Shown here piece after piece: positions 1 to 10,088 of a stretch of 64,000 bases of DNA. Numbering within the stretch: the first letter of the stretch is position 1; every line of letters begins with the position of its first letter. Made by a program: the position numbers and the translations under genes. A model generated the notes under the pieces. That model did no database searches, was not told the origin of the DNA, and saw only the letters and a list, made by a program, of their open reading frames with translations. The stretch is from an uncultured Clostridia bacterium (GTDB lineage: Bacteria > Bacillota > Clostridia > JAAYHZ01), in the NCBI GenBank assembly GCA_937894465.1, contig CALCRE010000133.1:2772-66771 (forward strand). Reading direction: 5' to 3'.

Positions 1-569
1 AAAAAGCTGTGGAACTCAATCTCTTGAGCCAATTCTTTTGTATATCGTTTGACAGCACTCGGATGTCGGAATTTAATATCATCATCCCATTCCAGCCACG
101 ACTTATTATGAAAATGATTTTTAACCGCCATGTACAAACAATAGTCTCCAAGCCATCCGGTATTTAGCTTTTTAAAATCCGAATACTCCGGTAGTTGCTG
201 ATGCTTAGATCGTATAAAAGCCTTTTTCAAAAGGGGATATCGACCAGTATACAACTTTGCATAATCAATGGTACTGCAGTCATCGCCAAAATCAACCGCA
301 TCGCATTCTTCTTTAGTCAACAGTCCTTCTTTGATTAAAACTTCCAAGTCAATAAAGTATGGGTTTCCTGCAAATGTGGAAAAGGATTGATAAGGTGAAT
401 CTCCAAAGCTTGTGGGACATAAAGGTAGAATCTGCCAATATTGTTGTTTGGCATTTTTAAGCTGATCCACAAAATCATACGCTTGCTTTCCGAATGTTCC
501 GATGCCATATGGAGACGGCAAACTGAAAATCGGTAGCAGAATGCCGCTTGCTCTTTTTCCCTTGTCCAT
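1..569 (-). CDS. malQ: 4-alpha-glucanotransferase (GH77 amylomaltase), N-terminal part; 3' end lies beyond the window start
   Basis: Own translation of the minus strand from the ATG at 569-567 gives MDKGKRASGILLPIFSLPSPYGIGTFGKQAYDFVDQL...WQILPLCPTSFGDSPYQSFSTFAGNPYFIDL. This is the canonical GH77 N-terminus. It is the last gene of the maltodextrin operon. Confidence 0.85.
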   Translation of the reverse strand, partial: MDKGKRASGILLPIFSLPSPYGIGTFGKQAYDFVDQLKNAKQQYWQILPLCPTSFGDSPYQSFSTFAGNPYFIDLEVLIKEGLLTKEECDAVDFGDDCSTIDYAKLYTGRYPLLKKAFIRSKHQQLPEYSDFKKLNTGWLGDYCLYMAVKNHFHNKSWLEWDDDIKFRHPSAVKRYTKELAQEIEFHSF

Positions 570-616
570 AATGAAATCCCCTTTCTAGTACCATACCTTT
601 TAAGATCTTTCTTACT

Positions 617-2155
617 TTATTGTAATATTGTCGTGGAATAAGGCGGCAATACCAATTTCCCTTTTTTTATACGGGGTGATTTACTCTTTGCTTCACACAA
701 CAAGCTTGTTTGTATTTTTATAGTGTCCATCTTTAGTAACGCTAAATCTACACTCAGTTCCGTGTCACTTACATTATGAAAAATCGCTACTGTATTGTCA
801 TTGAATGTCATACAATATGCACTAATTTCATTGTGCTCGGTATCCAATACAGTCATTTGACCTCTTGCTATCTCCGGAAAGCGCTTCTTTATCGCCAAGA
901 CTGACTGATAAAATCTCAATAAGGAGTTTTTATTCTTCAATTGGGTATCCACGCCCTCAATACCGCTTACCGTTTGATCGGCCCCGGGTGGTGGATCGGG
1001 AATACCGGCAGGTTCGTCGGTTGACCATAACATCGGCAGTCGTTTATTCGGATCATTACCGGATCCGTTCATACCGATTTCTTCACCATAATAGATGAAG
1101 GGGTTTCCGGGTATCAACAAATACAGAGATGCCGCCATTTTCTGTTTCGTACTGTTTCTCATAAGGAATCCGGCACTGCGAGCATTATCGTGATTAGATA
1201 AGAACGGAGCATCTATGGCCGAATCGTTTGCATTCCGAATTGTATCATTCCAACTTTTCATGGCTTGTGCCAAGTATTTACCCTTTTTAGTGTTCATGCT
1301 GCTGACAATCGTCCCTTCGACCTGTGAAAAAGGAAAATTAAAAAAGCTGTCGATTCCACTTGCATAGAACTCTGCAATCGCCCCTGACCCGGTCCAAGCT
1401 TCTCCTACGAAATATATATCCTCTTTATAGGCTTTGACGCTGTCATTGAGCCACTTCATAAATTCAATATTTTTTGTATTGTTCCCGGTGTAGTAGCTGG
1501 TTACAGCATCCAAACGGAAACCGTCCACCCCATGATCAATCCAAAACTTCGCAATATTTAAAATTTCCTCCCGAACATTGATACTGTCCAGATTTAAGTC
1601 CGGCATGCCGGAATAAAAGCGTGACTCATAATAATGCGTATCGGTAATCTTGGTGAATCCGCTTCCTTTGTCTTCCGTTGTAAATACATAGTAGTCTGAG
1701 TATTCGTTATCTGTTTGATCCCACAGACCTCTTACCGCCTTGGTAAACCATGGAATCTTATCTGAGGTGTGATTGACAACAAAGTCGATGATCACCTTGA
1801 TATCTTTGCTGTGAGCCTTTTGGATCAGCTCGTCAAAATCCGCTAGGGTTCCGTATTGCGGATCAACATTATAGTAATCGGTAATGTCATATTTGTGATA
1901 GGACGGAGAGGGCATAATGGGCATGAGCCATATGCCCTCCGCCCCTAAGGCTTCAATGTAGTCGAGTTTTAAGATGACACCTTTCAAGTCACCTATACCG
2001 TCGTCATTCGAATCATAAAAGCTACCGACAAAGATTTCATAATAATTACGGTATTGATCGGAATATTCATTTTGCTCACGATCCAATCCCTTTCCGGAAC
2101 AGGATGTCAATATGAAAGCTATAAGCAAAATGGTAACAAAAATCTTGATCTTCAT
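617..2155 (-). CDS. lipoprotein alpha-amylase-family glycosidase (GH13)
   Basis: 512-aa ORF with a lipoprotein signal ending LTSC. GH13 conserved regions are present: DFVVNH, GFRLDAV, VGEAW, LSNHDN. Confidence 0.85.
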   Translation of the reverse strand: MKIKIFVTILLIAFILTSCSGKGLDREQNEYSDQYRNYYEIFVGSFYDSNDDGIGDLKGVILKLDYIEALGAEGIWLMPIMPSPSYHKYDITDYYNVDPQYGTLADFDELIQKAHSKDIKVIIDFVVNHTSDKIPWFTKAVRGLWDQTDNEYSDYYVFTTEDKGSGFTKITDTHYYESRFYSGMPDLNLDSINVREEILNIAKFWIDHGVDGFRLDAVTSYYTGNNTKNIEFMKWLNDSVKAYKEDIYFVGEAWTGSGAIAEFYASGIDSFFNFPFSQVEGTIVSSMNTKKGKYLAQAMKSWNDTIRNANDSAIDAPFLSNHDNARSAGFLMRNSTKQKMAASLYLLIPGNPFIYYGEEIGMNGSGNDPNKRLPMLWSTDEPAGIPDPPPGADQTVSGIEGVDTQLKNKNSLLRFYQSVLAIKKRFPEIARGQMTVLDTEHNEISAYCMTFNDNTVAIFHNVSDTELSVDLALLKMDTIKIQTSLLCEAKSKSPRIKKGKLVLPPYSTTILQ

Positions 2156-2158
2156 ACC

Positions 2159-3010
2159 TTAACCCTTCACACCTCCGGCGGTAACCCCTTCCACGTAATA
2201 TTTTTGCATCTTTATGAACAACAATGTGATGGGTATGGAGATTAACACAGCTCCTGCGCAAAATTGTGTAAAGTATTGATAAATATTTTCACGGGTCAGC
2301 ATCTGGTATAGACCCAACGCAATGGTGTAGTTGTTGTAGTTGTCCTTCATAATGACACTGACGAATATGAAGTCCACCCATGGAGCCATAAAAGCCATCA
2401 ACACCGTATAAATCACGATGGGCTTGGAAAGGGGCAGTATGATCTTCCAAAAGATATCATTTTGCGTGGCTCCGTCGATCTTTGCCGCCTCGTCCAGGGA
2501 TCTGGGGATGGTATCAAAGAAGCCTTTTGCGATGTAATAGGACAACCCTGCGCCTCCGGAATACACCAAAACCAAAGCCACCAACGACTGAGACAAACCC
2601 ATTGCTTTTAAGAGAAAATAGATGGCAATCATGGACATAAAACCGGGGAACATACCTAAAATCAACCCCACATTCAACATCGCCTTTCTTCCTTTAAATC
2701 GCAAGCGACTAAGGGTATAGCTGGTCATTAAATTCAAAACAGTGGTGATGATACATGTGAATATGGCAACCACCAATGTGTTCATGAACCAACGGGGGTA
2801 GTTGAACAGTTCGGTATTGGTAAACAGCTTTGTGTAGTTTTTTAATGTATAGCTTTTTGGCAATATATATTCCGTCCATGCACCGGGTTCTGCACGGAAT
2901 GAAGTAATCACCAACCATACAATGGGCATCAACCACAAGATGGATAAAACAATCAAAACAAAATAAGTCAAAACTGTGGTGAATGTAGTGCGTGTTTTTG
3001 CATTTTTCAT
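2159..3010 (-). CDS. maltodextrin/sugar ABC transporter permease (MalG-like)
   Basis: 283-aa multi-TM ORF with an EAA-type loop (LDEAAKIDGATQNDIFWKIILPL). It overlaps the upstream permease gene by 4 nt. Confidence 0.85.
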   Translation of the reverse strand: MKNAKTRTTFTTVLTYFVLIVLSILWLMPIVWLVITSFRAEPGAWTEYILPKSYTLKNYTKLFTNTELFNYPRWFMNTLVVAIFTCIITTVLNLMTSYTLSRLRFKGRKAMLNVGLILGMFPGFMSMIAIYFLLKAMGLSQSLVALVLVYSGGAGLSYYIAKGFFDTIPRSLDEAAKIDGATQNDIFWKIILPLSKPIVIYTVLMAFMAPWVDFIFVSVIMKDNYNNYTIALGLYQMLTRENIYQYFTQFCAGAVLISIPITLLFIKMQKYYVEGVTAGGVKG

Positions 3011-4509
3011 TGGAATGTGTCCTCCTTCTTGACAGAACTCGAGGAATTGTAAACGATCAACGATATAACAGCCGATAGAACGAAGATAAGAATACCGATA
3101 GTGGAAGCAAGGTTATAGTCCTGCTGATTCACCGTCAGTTTATACAACCATGTAACCAGAAGATCGGTTTTCCCCGCTTGATAATAATCCAGTGACAATG
3201 GGCCGCCTCCGCTTAACAGATAGATCACATTAAAGTTATTGATATTTGCAACGAATTGAGTGATCAGGTATGGTGTCGTGACAAACATCATATATGGTAA
3301 CGTTATTTTCGTAAAAGTCTTAAAAGGTCCTGCACCGTCAATTCTGGCACTCTCATATAATTCGGCCGGTATATTCATTAAAATACCTGAAGTAATTAAC
3401 ATGGTGTAGGGTACCCCCACCCATATATTCACAATAATTACCGTAATTTTCGCAAGCAGTGCATCGGTTAAGAAGCGAACCGGTTGAATTCCAAAATAAC
3501 CTAACAATACGTTGACCGCTCCTTCATCGGCCAATAACCTTGACATCAGCAATAAAGTTACAAACTGGGGTACGGCAATGGTAGTAACAAATATGGTACG
3601 CCACATTTTTTTCAATTGTATCCCCTTTTTGTTGATCAATAAGGCTAATAACATTCCTAATATATAGTTTGAGAATGTTGCAAAAAACGCCCAAATCAAT
3701 GTCCATCCCAGAATTCCTTTAAATGTGGTGGATAATAAAGCATTGCCTCCAAACATATTTTTAAAGTTTTCCAAACCGACCCAAGTAAATAACGATCCGG
3801 GAGGTTGATGGTTTTTATCGTAGTTTGTGAATGCGATTAAAATCATGAAAATAAGGGGCAATACCGTAAAAATGATAACCCCAAGCACCGGCGGTGATAA
3901 AAAAGTCACATGGAGTCTCTTATCAAGAAAACTATTGATATCGTCACCATAGGTGTTCAACTTTTTCCCTGATTCAAGCATCTGTTGATTGTTGTATGCC
4001 ATTCGGATATTGAAAAAATAGACTGTAATAATCGCAACAGTGATGGCAATGGTTAAAACAGAGAAAAGAAGAATCAACATGGAGTTATCACCTTGCACAT
4101 ACCGATAAATCTGATTCACTTCATCCCAAATCTCTTTTTTTGTCGCTATGCCTAAGGTCGGAAACAACTTGATCTGACCCCAGCCGAAGGAAAACATATA
4201 GACGATATAAAATAACTGCAACGATAAAAATCCGATGCCTCGGACGATTTGACCGCGCAATAAGCAACCGGACCCCATTATAAAATAGGACAATCTTGTG
4301 GGGACATCGCCTTTTGCAAACATTGAAAAATAGTTCTTGACTCCTCTGCCAAGACCTTTCAATGCCGAAACAATGCCTTTCCATAACAAAACAAAAAAAG
4401 TAACAAATTTTTTACCAAAATTCTTTATACCTTGTTGTAACTTTACGATGATCTTTCGATACCAAGGTAGTGTGACATAATCTATATATTTCATACAATC
4501 ACATCCCAT
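3007..4509 (-). CDS. maltodextrin/sugar ABC transporter permease (MalF-like, long N-terminal extension)
   Basis: 500-aa multi-TM ORF with the EAA loop YESARIDGAGPFKTFTKITLP. The true start may be the internal ATG at 4494 (MKYIDY...). Confidence 0.8.
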   Translation of the reverse strand: MGCDCMKYIDYVTLPWYRKIIVKLQQGIKNFGKKFVTFFVLLWKGIVSALKGLGRGVKNYFSMFAKGDVPTRLSYFIMGSGCLLRGQIVRGIGFLSLQLFYIVYMFSFGWGQIKLFPTLGIATKKEIWDEVNQIYRYVQGDNSMLILLFSVLTIAITVAIITVYFFNIRMAYNNQQMLESGKKLNTYGDDINSFLDKRLHVTFLSPPVLGVIIFTVLPLIFMILIAFTNYDKNHQPPGSLFTWVGLENFKNMFGGNALLSTTFKGILGWTLIWAFFATFSNYILGMLLALLINKKGIQLKKMWRTIFVTTIAVPQFVTLLLMSRLLADEGAVNVLLGYFGIQPVRFLTDALLAKITVIIVNIWVGVPYTMLITSGILMNIPAELYESARIDGAGPFKTFTKITLPYMMFVTTPYLITQFVANINNFNVIYLLSGGGPLSLDYYQAGKTDLLVTWLYKLTVNQQDYNLASTIGILIFVLSAVISLIVYNSSSSVKKEDTFQ

Positions 4510-4562
4510 TCTTTATGTAATATGGTTGTTTATTAACATGAACTTACGGATATAAGTGCCGG

Positions 4563-4583
4563 GGGCGGTAATGAACACCGCCC
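4563..4583 (-). promoter_or_regulatory. intercistronic GC-rich stem-loop between the binding-protein gene and the permease genes
   Basis: GGGCGGT (4563-4569) pairs with ACCGCCC (4577-4583) across a 7-nt loop. No U-tract follows on the minus strand, so it looks like an mRNA-stability or attenuating hairpin rather than a full terminator. Confidence 0.45.
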
Positions 4584-4610
4584 TCGACTTATGACCCCTA
4601 TTTTCCCATC

Positions 4611-5816
4611 TTAACTTTCAATCTGCGCTACCATTGCATCAAGCTGTTCCTTGATTGTTTTTGAGTAATCCTTTGCTTCCATTGCAGTTCCAAAAGCTTC
4701 AGCAGGCAACCAGTAGCTTCCTAACACATCTTTTTGTGAAGTTGCATATTGATTTTGTTGTGCCAATGCGGCTAGTGCGATATTCGCCTTCACTTCATCA
4801 CTAGCAGCTGCCTTAATGTTAGAAGGACCCATAGCACGAACTTTAAAACGAGTAATTTGGTTTACTTCGTTAGTCAACCATTCACCTAACTTCATAGCCT
4901 CAACCGGCCATTGTGTATGGCTGTTGATACCAACCAACTTGTAACCTGCAAAGCTACCCATTTGAACTTGCTCATTGCCCAATGTAAATGTAGGCAACTT
5001 CGCAGCTGCATAATTGTCTTTTAGAATAGATTTAAGGTCTTCAGCATTCCATGTTCCACTGACACCTGCAGCGATCTTTCCACCCATTGCACCTTTTAAC
5101 ACAGCGTCATCGCCGGTGATAAATGCCGGATGAGCTGTGAATGCTTTGATGGCTTCGCCTGCTTTTACTCCATTTTCATTATTAAAGTCACAATCTTGTT
5201 TTCCATCTTCTCCAACAGTTAATTTCCCACCTGCACCCAGGAAGAAAGAAGCAATGTACCAACCGTTTGAAACGTCCATAAATATTTTCTTGTCTTTAGA
5301 CTGTGCCACTTCCAGCATCTTATCAAGAGATTTCACATCATTTTCCGAGAAAACACTCTTGTCATAATACATGAAATAACCATTGTCTGCAGTTTCCGGA
5401 TATGCATAAAGCTTACCGTTGATTGTAGCTGCTTCGATAGAGCCTTGCATATTCTCATTTGAAATCTTGTCTTTGTTACGAGTGATTTCGTAAAGTGCAC
5501 CTGCATTTACCAAATCATTGATCTGGTCATTTGCAAATGCGAACACATCAGCAGCCGCTGCCGGATCTTCAAGAACTTTTGTCTTTGCATCCGCTTCGCT
5601 GACAACACCAAAAGTGATATCATACTTTACTTTCGGGTTTGCAGCCTTAAACTCCTCAACCATCGTTGCTAACATAGCTTGGTCTTCTTGTGAACCCCAC
5701 ACCTTTAATGTCACTGTTTCGGTGGGTGTGGATTCACCGGTACAACCGGCAAGCGCTCCGGTTAGAATTAGCATTGATAAAATGATCGCCAAAGTCTTTT
5801 TCATAAATACATACAA
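4611..5816 (-). CDS. maltodextrin/sugar ABC transporter substrate-binding lipoprotein (MalE/MdxE-like)
   Basis: 401-aa ORF with a lipobox (LTGALAGC) and a family-1 solute-binding protein look. Its operon position is ahead of the two permeases. The start is ambiguous (5816 or 5804). Confidence 0.8.
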   Translation of the reverse strand: MYVFMKKTLAIILSMLILTGALAGCTGESTPTETVTLKVWGSQEDQAMLATMVEEFKAANPKVKYDITFGVVSEADAKTKVLEDPAAAADVFAFANDQINDLVNAGALYEITRNKDKISNENMQGSIEAATINGKLYAYPETADNGYFMYYDKSVFSENDVKSLDKMLEVAQSKDKKIFMDVSNGWYIASFFLGAGGKLTVGEDGKQDCDFNNENGVKAGEAIKAFTAHPAFITGDDAVLKGAMGGKIAAGVSGTWNAEDLKSILKDNYAAAKLPTFTLGNEQVQMGSFAGYKLVGINSHTQWPVEAMKLGEWLTNEVNQITRFKVRAMGPSNIKAAASDEVKANIALAALAQQNQYATSQKDVLGSYWLPAEAFGTAMEAKDYSKTIKEQLDAMVAQIES

Positions 5817-5846
5817 CCTCTTTTCTTTTATATTCTTATGAAGCAG

Positions 5847-6869
5847 TTACCTGCATAACATACACTTGATAGATTCTCCTTTTATTAGTTCCGTTCCTAG
5901 TACAATATTATGCGCAGTCTTCTTGTTTTCTATGTTCTGAATCAACAGATCAACACTTTTATGTGCGATATCTACCGATGGTTGCTTGATCGTCGCTAAT
6001 GTCGGATTATAATATTGAGTCAATGCTATTCCGTCGAACCCGATTATGGAAATGTCATCCGGCACGGACTGACCGTTTTCAAATATTGCTTTTGCAGCTC
6101 CGATCGCCATGATGTCGGACATTGCGAATATCGCCGTGTATTTCGGCTGATCCGGTTGAAGGGAACGATCCACAGCGGCATATGCCTCATCATATGTGAA
6201 CTTCGACTGTATAAAAAGCTTTTCATTAAATTCCTCACCATGTTCACGGTAGCTTTCCATGGCACCCATAAACCTTTTGAATATGGAGTCCTTGTCTAGT
6301 AATCTGCCACCTAATATAGCGATATCACGGTGTCCCATTTCAAATAAATAATCCACAGCTTTTTTTGCAGCGGCTTTGTCATCAATACAGACACTCGAGA
6401 CATTGTCCAAATTCATTCCCTCAGCCGACATGGTTGCAAATATGCAAGGCACTTCCATGTCTTTATACATATCAGCTTTTAAGGAAGGGCTACCACCTAA
6501 GAATATGATCCCGACAGGTTTCTTTTCCGTAATTAACCGATATGCAACATCCACTTCACTCTCGTTTTCATCGATGAAATAAATTAATGAAATGTATTTT
6601 GTTTTGTTGATTTGAGATTGCATCTCCTCGACAATAGGCTCAAGAAACATATTTTGCATCCCTTTTACAATGATACAAATAATATTTGAGCATATTTGTT
6701 TTAGATGCTTTGCATTCGAGTTGGGTATATAACCGTATTGGTCAATAATCCTTAATACCTTTCTCTTGGTTTCCTCATTGACGTCAGATTTATCGTTAAG
6801 CACACGAGAAACCGTGCTAACTGAAACGTTTGCAAGCTTGGATATTTCCTTTATTGTTAACCTAGTCAA
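5847..6869 (-). CDS. LacI-family transcriptional regulator (probable maltodextrin operon repressor)
   Basis: 340-aa ORF with an N-terminal HTH (IKEISKLANVSVSTVSRVLN) and a sugar-binding fold. TTG start with AGGAG 9 nt upstream. Confidence 0.85.
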   Translation of the reverse strand: MTRLTIKEISKLANVSVSTVSRVLNDKSDVNEETKRKVLRIIDQYGYIPNSNAKHLKQICSNIICIIVKGMQNMFLEPIVEEMQSQINKTKYISLIYFIDENESEVDVAYRLITEKKPVGIIFLGGSPSLKADMYKDMEVPCIFATMSAEGMNLDNVSSVCIDDKAAAKKAVDYLFEMGHRDIAILGGRLLDKDSIFKRFMGAMESYREHGEEFNEKLFIQSKFTYDEAYAAVDRSLQPDQPKYTAIFAMSDIMAIGAAKAIFENGQSVPDDISIIGFDGIALTQYYNPTLATIKQPSVDIAHKSVDLLIQNIENKKTAHNIVLGTELIKGESIKCMLCR

Positions 6870-6900
6870 TGATTATCGCTCCTCTCGATATCGTTACCGG

Positions 6901-6914
6901 TATCGGTACCGATA
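6901..6914. promoter_or_regulatory. candidate operator: perfect 14-bp palindrome TATCGGTACCGATA
   Basis: Read directly from the sequence. It lies between the -10 box and the LacI-family start codon, at about +1 to +20. On the plus strand the overlapping short palindromes CGATATCG and TACCGGTA lie just 5' of it (6886-6903); in the minus-strand transcript they follow it. Confidence 0.5.
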
Positions 6915-6919
6915 ATTTG

Positions 6920-6948
6920 ATTATATATCCCACAATATATTTTGTCAA
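6920..6948 (-). promoter_or_regulatory. sigma-A type promoter of the lacI-mal operon
   Basis: The minus strand reads TTGACA (6948-6943), a 17-nt spacer, then TATAAT (6925-6920). Both hexamers match the consensus perfectly. Confidence 0.7.
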
Positions 6949-7037
6949 CAATTATCTTACATTTATTCATGTCATATCAATATATTTTAACTTTTGTATG
7001 ATAAAGTGGTGTTGGGTTAGCGAGATATACTATGTCT

Positions 7038-7064
7038 AAAAAAAGAGGCAGCTATTGTCTGCCT
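7038..7064 (-). terminator. rho-independent terminator of the AAA ATPase gene
   Basis: The minus strand reads AGGCAG-acaatag-CTGCCT followed by CTTTTTTT. Confidence 0.65.
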
Positions 7065-7128
7065 AGTAAGAGAAAAACTTATATTGCCAAGTTTATATCT
7101 GAATATCTTAGTATTGATGGAAGGTATA

Positions 7129-8484
7129 TTACAATGATGTAATATCAACTTTATATGTCGTGCCGGTTTTTACGGTTGACGGACTTATGAACATCATCAT
7201 ATACCATGGCAAATAGATCACGTCAGTTTCCCATGCGACATTCCCCCTACATACAACATAGGATTTGGGAATTTTCCACTCCGCAACACTTAATATTTTG
7301 TTCAGTGCTGAATGTTTTTTGAAATCATTACCGGATTTCACTTCAATACATTCTATATGTGTTCCGTTTTGTATGACAAAATCCAACTCACCATATTTTT
7401 TTGAGTCAAAATAGTTTAGTCGAAAACCTTTGCTTTTAAGTTGTGTTGCGATCATGTTTTCCAGAATACTACCCATGTTGATGGACAAATCACCATTCAA
7501 AATACTGAATTGGATGTTATCCATGGAAGCAGCACATAATAAACCGCTATCGTTCATAAATAACTTGAACAGATTATGCTTAGCATTGAGCTGTAACGGC
7601 GGTTGTGGCTCTGTTACGTTATAACAAGGCAGAGCAACTCCTGCATCATCCAGCCAGCGAAAACTGTCCGCATAACGTTGTTGTCTTCCATGATCGTCCA
7701 CCTTGTTCAAGAAAAACCGTCGATTCTTATCATTGAGTTGAGAAGGGATACTGTCAAAAATAGCTTGAATCTTCATTTTGTCATTCCCTACGGCATATTT
7801 AGCAATATCCAAACGATACTGCTCAAGAATATCGCTTTGGTTTTCAATTACACGTCCGATATCATGAGTGTCAACGTAGGTTTGTACTACCTGGGGCATT
7901 CCACCGACGACAACATAACTTTGAAAAAGCTTTAGCATGGTTTCATGAACGGAACCAGATACCGGTGCCAGTGTGTTAAAACAGTCATTCAGATATTCAA
8001 TTGTTGCATCCTGAACTCCATTTGCCCACAGGTATTCTTCAAAGTCCATAGGGTACATACGATAAATTTCCTCAAACCCCACCGGATAGGAACGAACTTC
8101 CTTATACCTCACACCGAGAAGTGAACCGGATTCAATATAATCAAAACGCCCATCTTCAACAAGAAACTTTATCGCTGTTCGAACATTTGGACATTCCTGA
8201 ACCTCATCGAACAATACAAGAGTTTTGCCGGGTGTCATTGGCTTTCTAGTATACGCAGTCAGATTTGTAATAAGGGTATTTGCATCAAAGCTCCCTTCAA
8301 AAATCAATTTTGCTTGTTCATCAAGCACAAAGTTAAGCTCAACAAAGTTCTCATAATGATCTTCAGCGAACTTTCGCACTAATGTGGTTTTACCAACTTG
8401 TCTTGCACCCACAATACACAAAGCTTTTTTGTTCTTTTGTGACTTCCAGTCAAGAAGTTTATCGTATGCCTTTCGATACAACAT
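7129..8484 (-). CDS. AAA-family ATPase (DUF4143-type C-terminal domain)
   Basis: 451-aa ORF with Walker A GARQVGKTT and Walker B-like LVLFDEVQ. The overall architecture is typical of the widespread ATPase/DUF4143 family. Confidence 0.7.
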   Translation of the reverse strand: MLYRKAYDKLLDWKSQKNKKALCIVGARQVGKTTLVRKFAEDHYENFVELNFVLDEQAKLIFEGSFDANTLITNLTAYTRKPMTPGKTLVLFDEVQECPNVRTAIKFLVEDGRFDYIESGSLLGVRYKEVRSYPVGFEEIYRMYPMDFEEYLWANGVQDATIEYLNDCFNTLAPVSGSVHETMLKLFQSYVVVGGMPQVVQTYVDTHDIGRVIENQSDILEQYRLDIAKYAVGNDKMKIQAIFDSIPSQLNDKNRRFFLNKVDDHGRQQRYADSFRWLDDAGVALPCYNVTEPQPPLQLNAKHNLFKLFMNDSGLLCAASMDNIQFSILNGDLSINMGSILENMIATQLKSKGFRLNYFDSKKYGELDFVIQNGTHIECIEVKSGNDFKKHSALNKILSVAEWKIPKSYVVCRGNVAWETDVIYLPWYMMMFISPSTVKTGTTYKVDITSL

Positions 8485-8706
8485 TCGTATTCACCTCTAA
8501 ATTGTTGATTACAGATTTCATTGTATCATATTTCCCTCTATTAATAAATATTTCTGCAACATTATTCATTTGTTTCTTAACTAATATCGCGACGTTATTC
8601 TTGATTTTATACCCTTATGTCTGTTTTCTCTCCCTGTTTTCAAAATTCAAACATAACTGCCTTCCCATATGACGGATAACAAACCCTTTGGATTTTCTTT
8701 TGGCAT

Positions 8707-9117
8707 TCACATATGGCGTTCATATCGGTCATACTCTGTGTCAACTGTTTGACCGTCAACTTTTAAACTATTCATATATGTTAATGATAATTTAGTTTTA
8801 CCGATGTACTCCAAAGTACAGTTTTTAAATGAAATTTCTCTCTTTCTCATGGTATCGCAAAACAATTCAGAGGATTGATGCTCTTCTTTGGTTCCCAATT
8901 CACAAATCTAAAATGTTTCTTTGCCGTCCTGAATCAAATCGCTTTGGTCTTTTTCACTAAACTTAAGCTCATTCTTCCCGATCAATGATATGTAGACATC
9001 ATTTAATCTTCCATAAATACGATTGTTTTCATGTATTTCAATTCTTAATCCTTGATCCAATTCATATATACCCGGAAAACATATGGGGCCCATTTTGATT
9101 TTCATATCGATTTCCAT
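8707..9117 (-). pseudogene. hypothetical protein interrupted by an in-frame TAG
   Basis: The 69-aa and 63-aa track ORFs share one reading frame (9117 to 8898 is 219 nt). They are separated only by the TAG at 8908-8910 and 3 codons. No recognisable family. Confidence 0.45.
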
Positions 9118-9135
9118 GAATAGTCCTCATTTCAT

Positions 9136-9936
9136 TTAGATTAATGTTTTCTTAAGAGCCTCAACTTCCACCTCGTTTAATGGCGACTCTTTTATATTTC
9201 CTCTCTTGAACTCAAGATGCTTGATTAGCTTCCCATGCAATTGCCTAGTCAATGGATATTTTTTGCTAATAAATGAGTAAAAATCAACAGTATGAACGGA
9301 AAGCCTGCAGCGATAACCTTTAACGCCGTGATGACAGCTTGAGGCTGTTCCATCAGCACTTCAACAATTTTTCCGTCTACCACCTGCTCCATAGGCTTAA
9401 TATATCCTGGAAAATCTAAGATACCGGATACGATAAATAGTCCTACAGCAGAAGATAGTCCTCGCATAAATGTCATGATTCCACTAAAGCAACCTTCATC
9501 TCTTTTTCCCGATTCTAATTCACCCACATCCGTACATCCGGGTACATCATCCAAGGCATCATCACACATCCTACAAGACCAATACCCATAACAGATAGAA
9601 GATAGGAGAACAGAACATATGCAAACTTCACCCTTTCATTATCATTTGAAACAAGTAATACCATAACAATAAGAAGGCTGCTAAAATGCCGAAAAAACCG
9701 ATTAGAAATTATGGTCTTCTCCTTCCCCATCGAGGAGTTCTTGTGTTATCTGTGATAGCTCCCATTAGCGGGGCATTGACAGCATCCCATATTTTACTGA
9801 CGAGAACCGCGGTTCCAGTAAAAGTCGGTCTTAATTTTACAACATCCGTCAAGAATATCAGGTAATAAAATGAAATAATAATGGAGGCACCTCCACCAAA
9901 AATATCTCCCGCCGCAAAGATAATAACCTTATTCAT
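9136..9936 (-). pseudogene. degraded glycoside-pentoside-hexuronide (GPH/MelB-like) cation symporter
   Basis: Three track ORFs (9709-9936, 9515-9730, 9249-9569) plus a fourth frame read as GPH fragments. The N-terminus is ...DAVNAPLMGAITDNTRTPRWGRRRP. The C-tail is YPLTRQLHGKLIKHLEFKRG...*, ending at 9136. There are several frameshifts, and the total length is far shorter than intact family members. Confidence 0.7.
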
Positions 9937-10088
9937 TTTTTTCTAAAAAGCGATTCCATATATCGATAACTCTAATCTATAAAAAAATCATACCGCAATC
10001 AACCATATCAAATAATAAAGGTATATAAATATATGATAAAATACTTATAGCAGCTTTCTTATACAATTGGTATAATGATGCAAATTAC

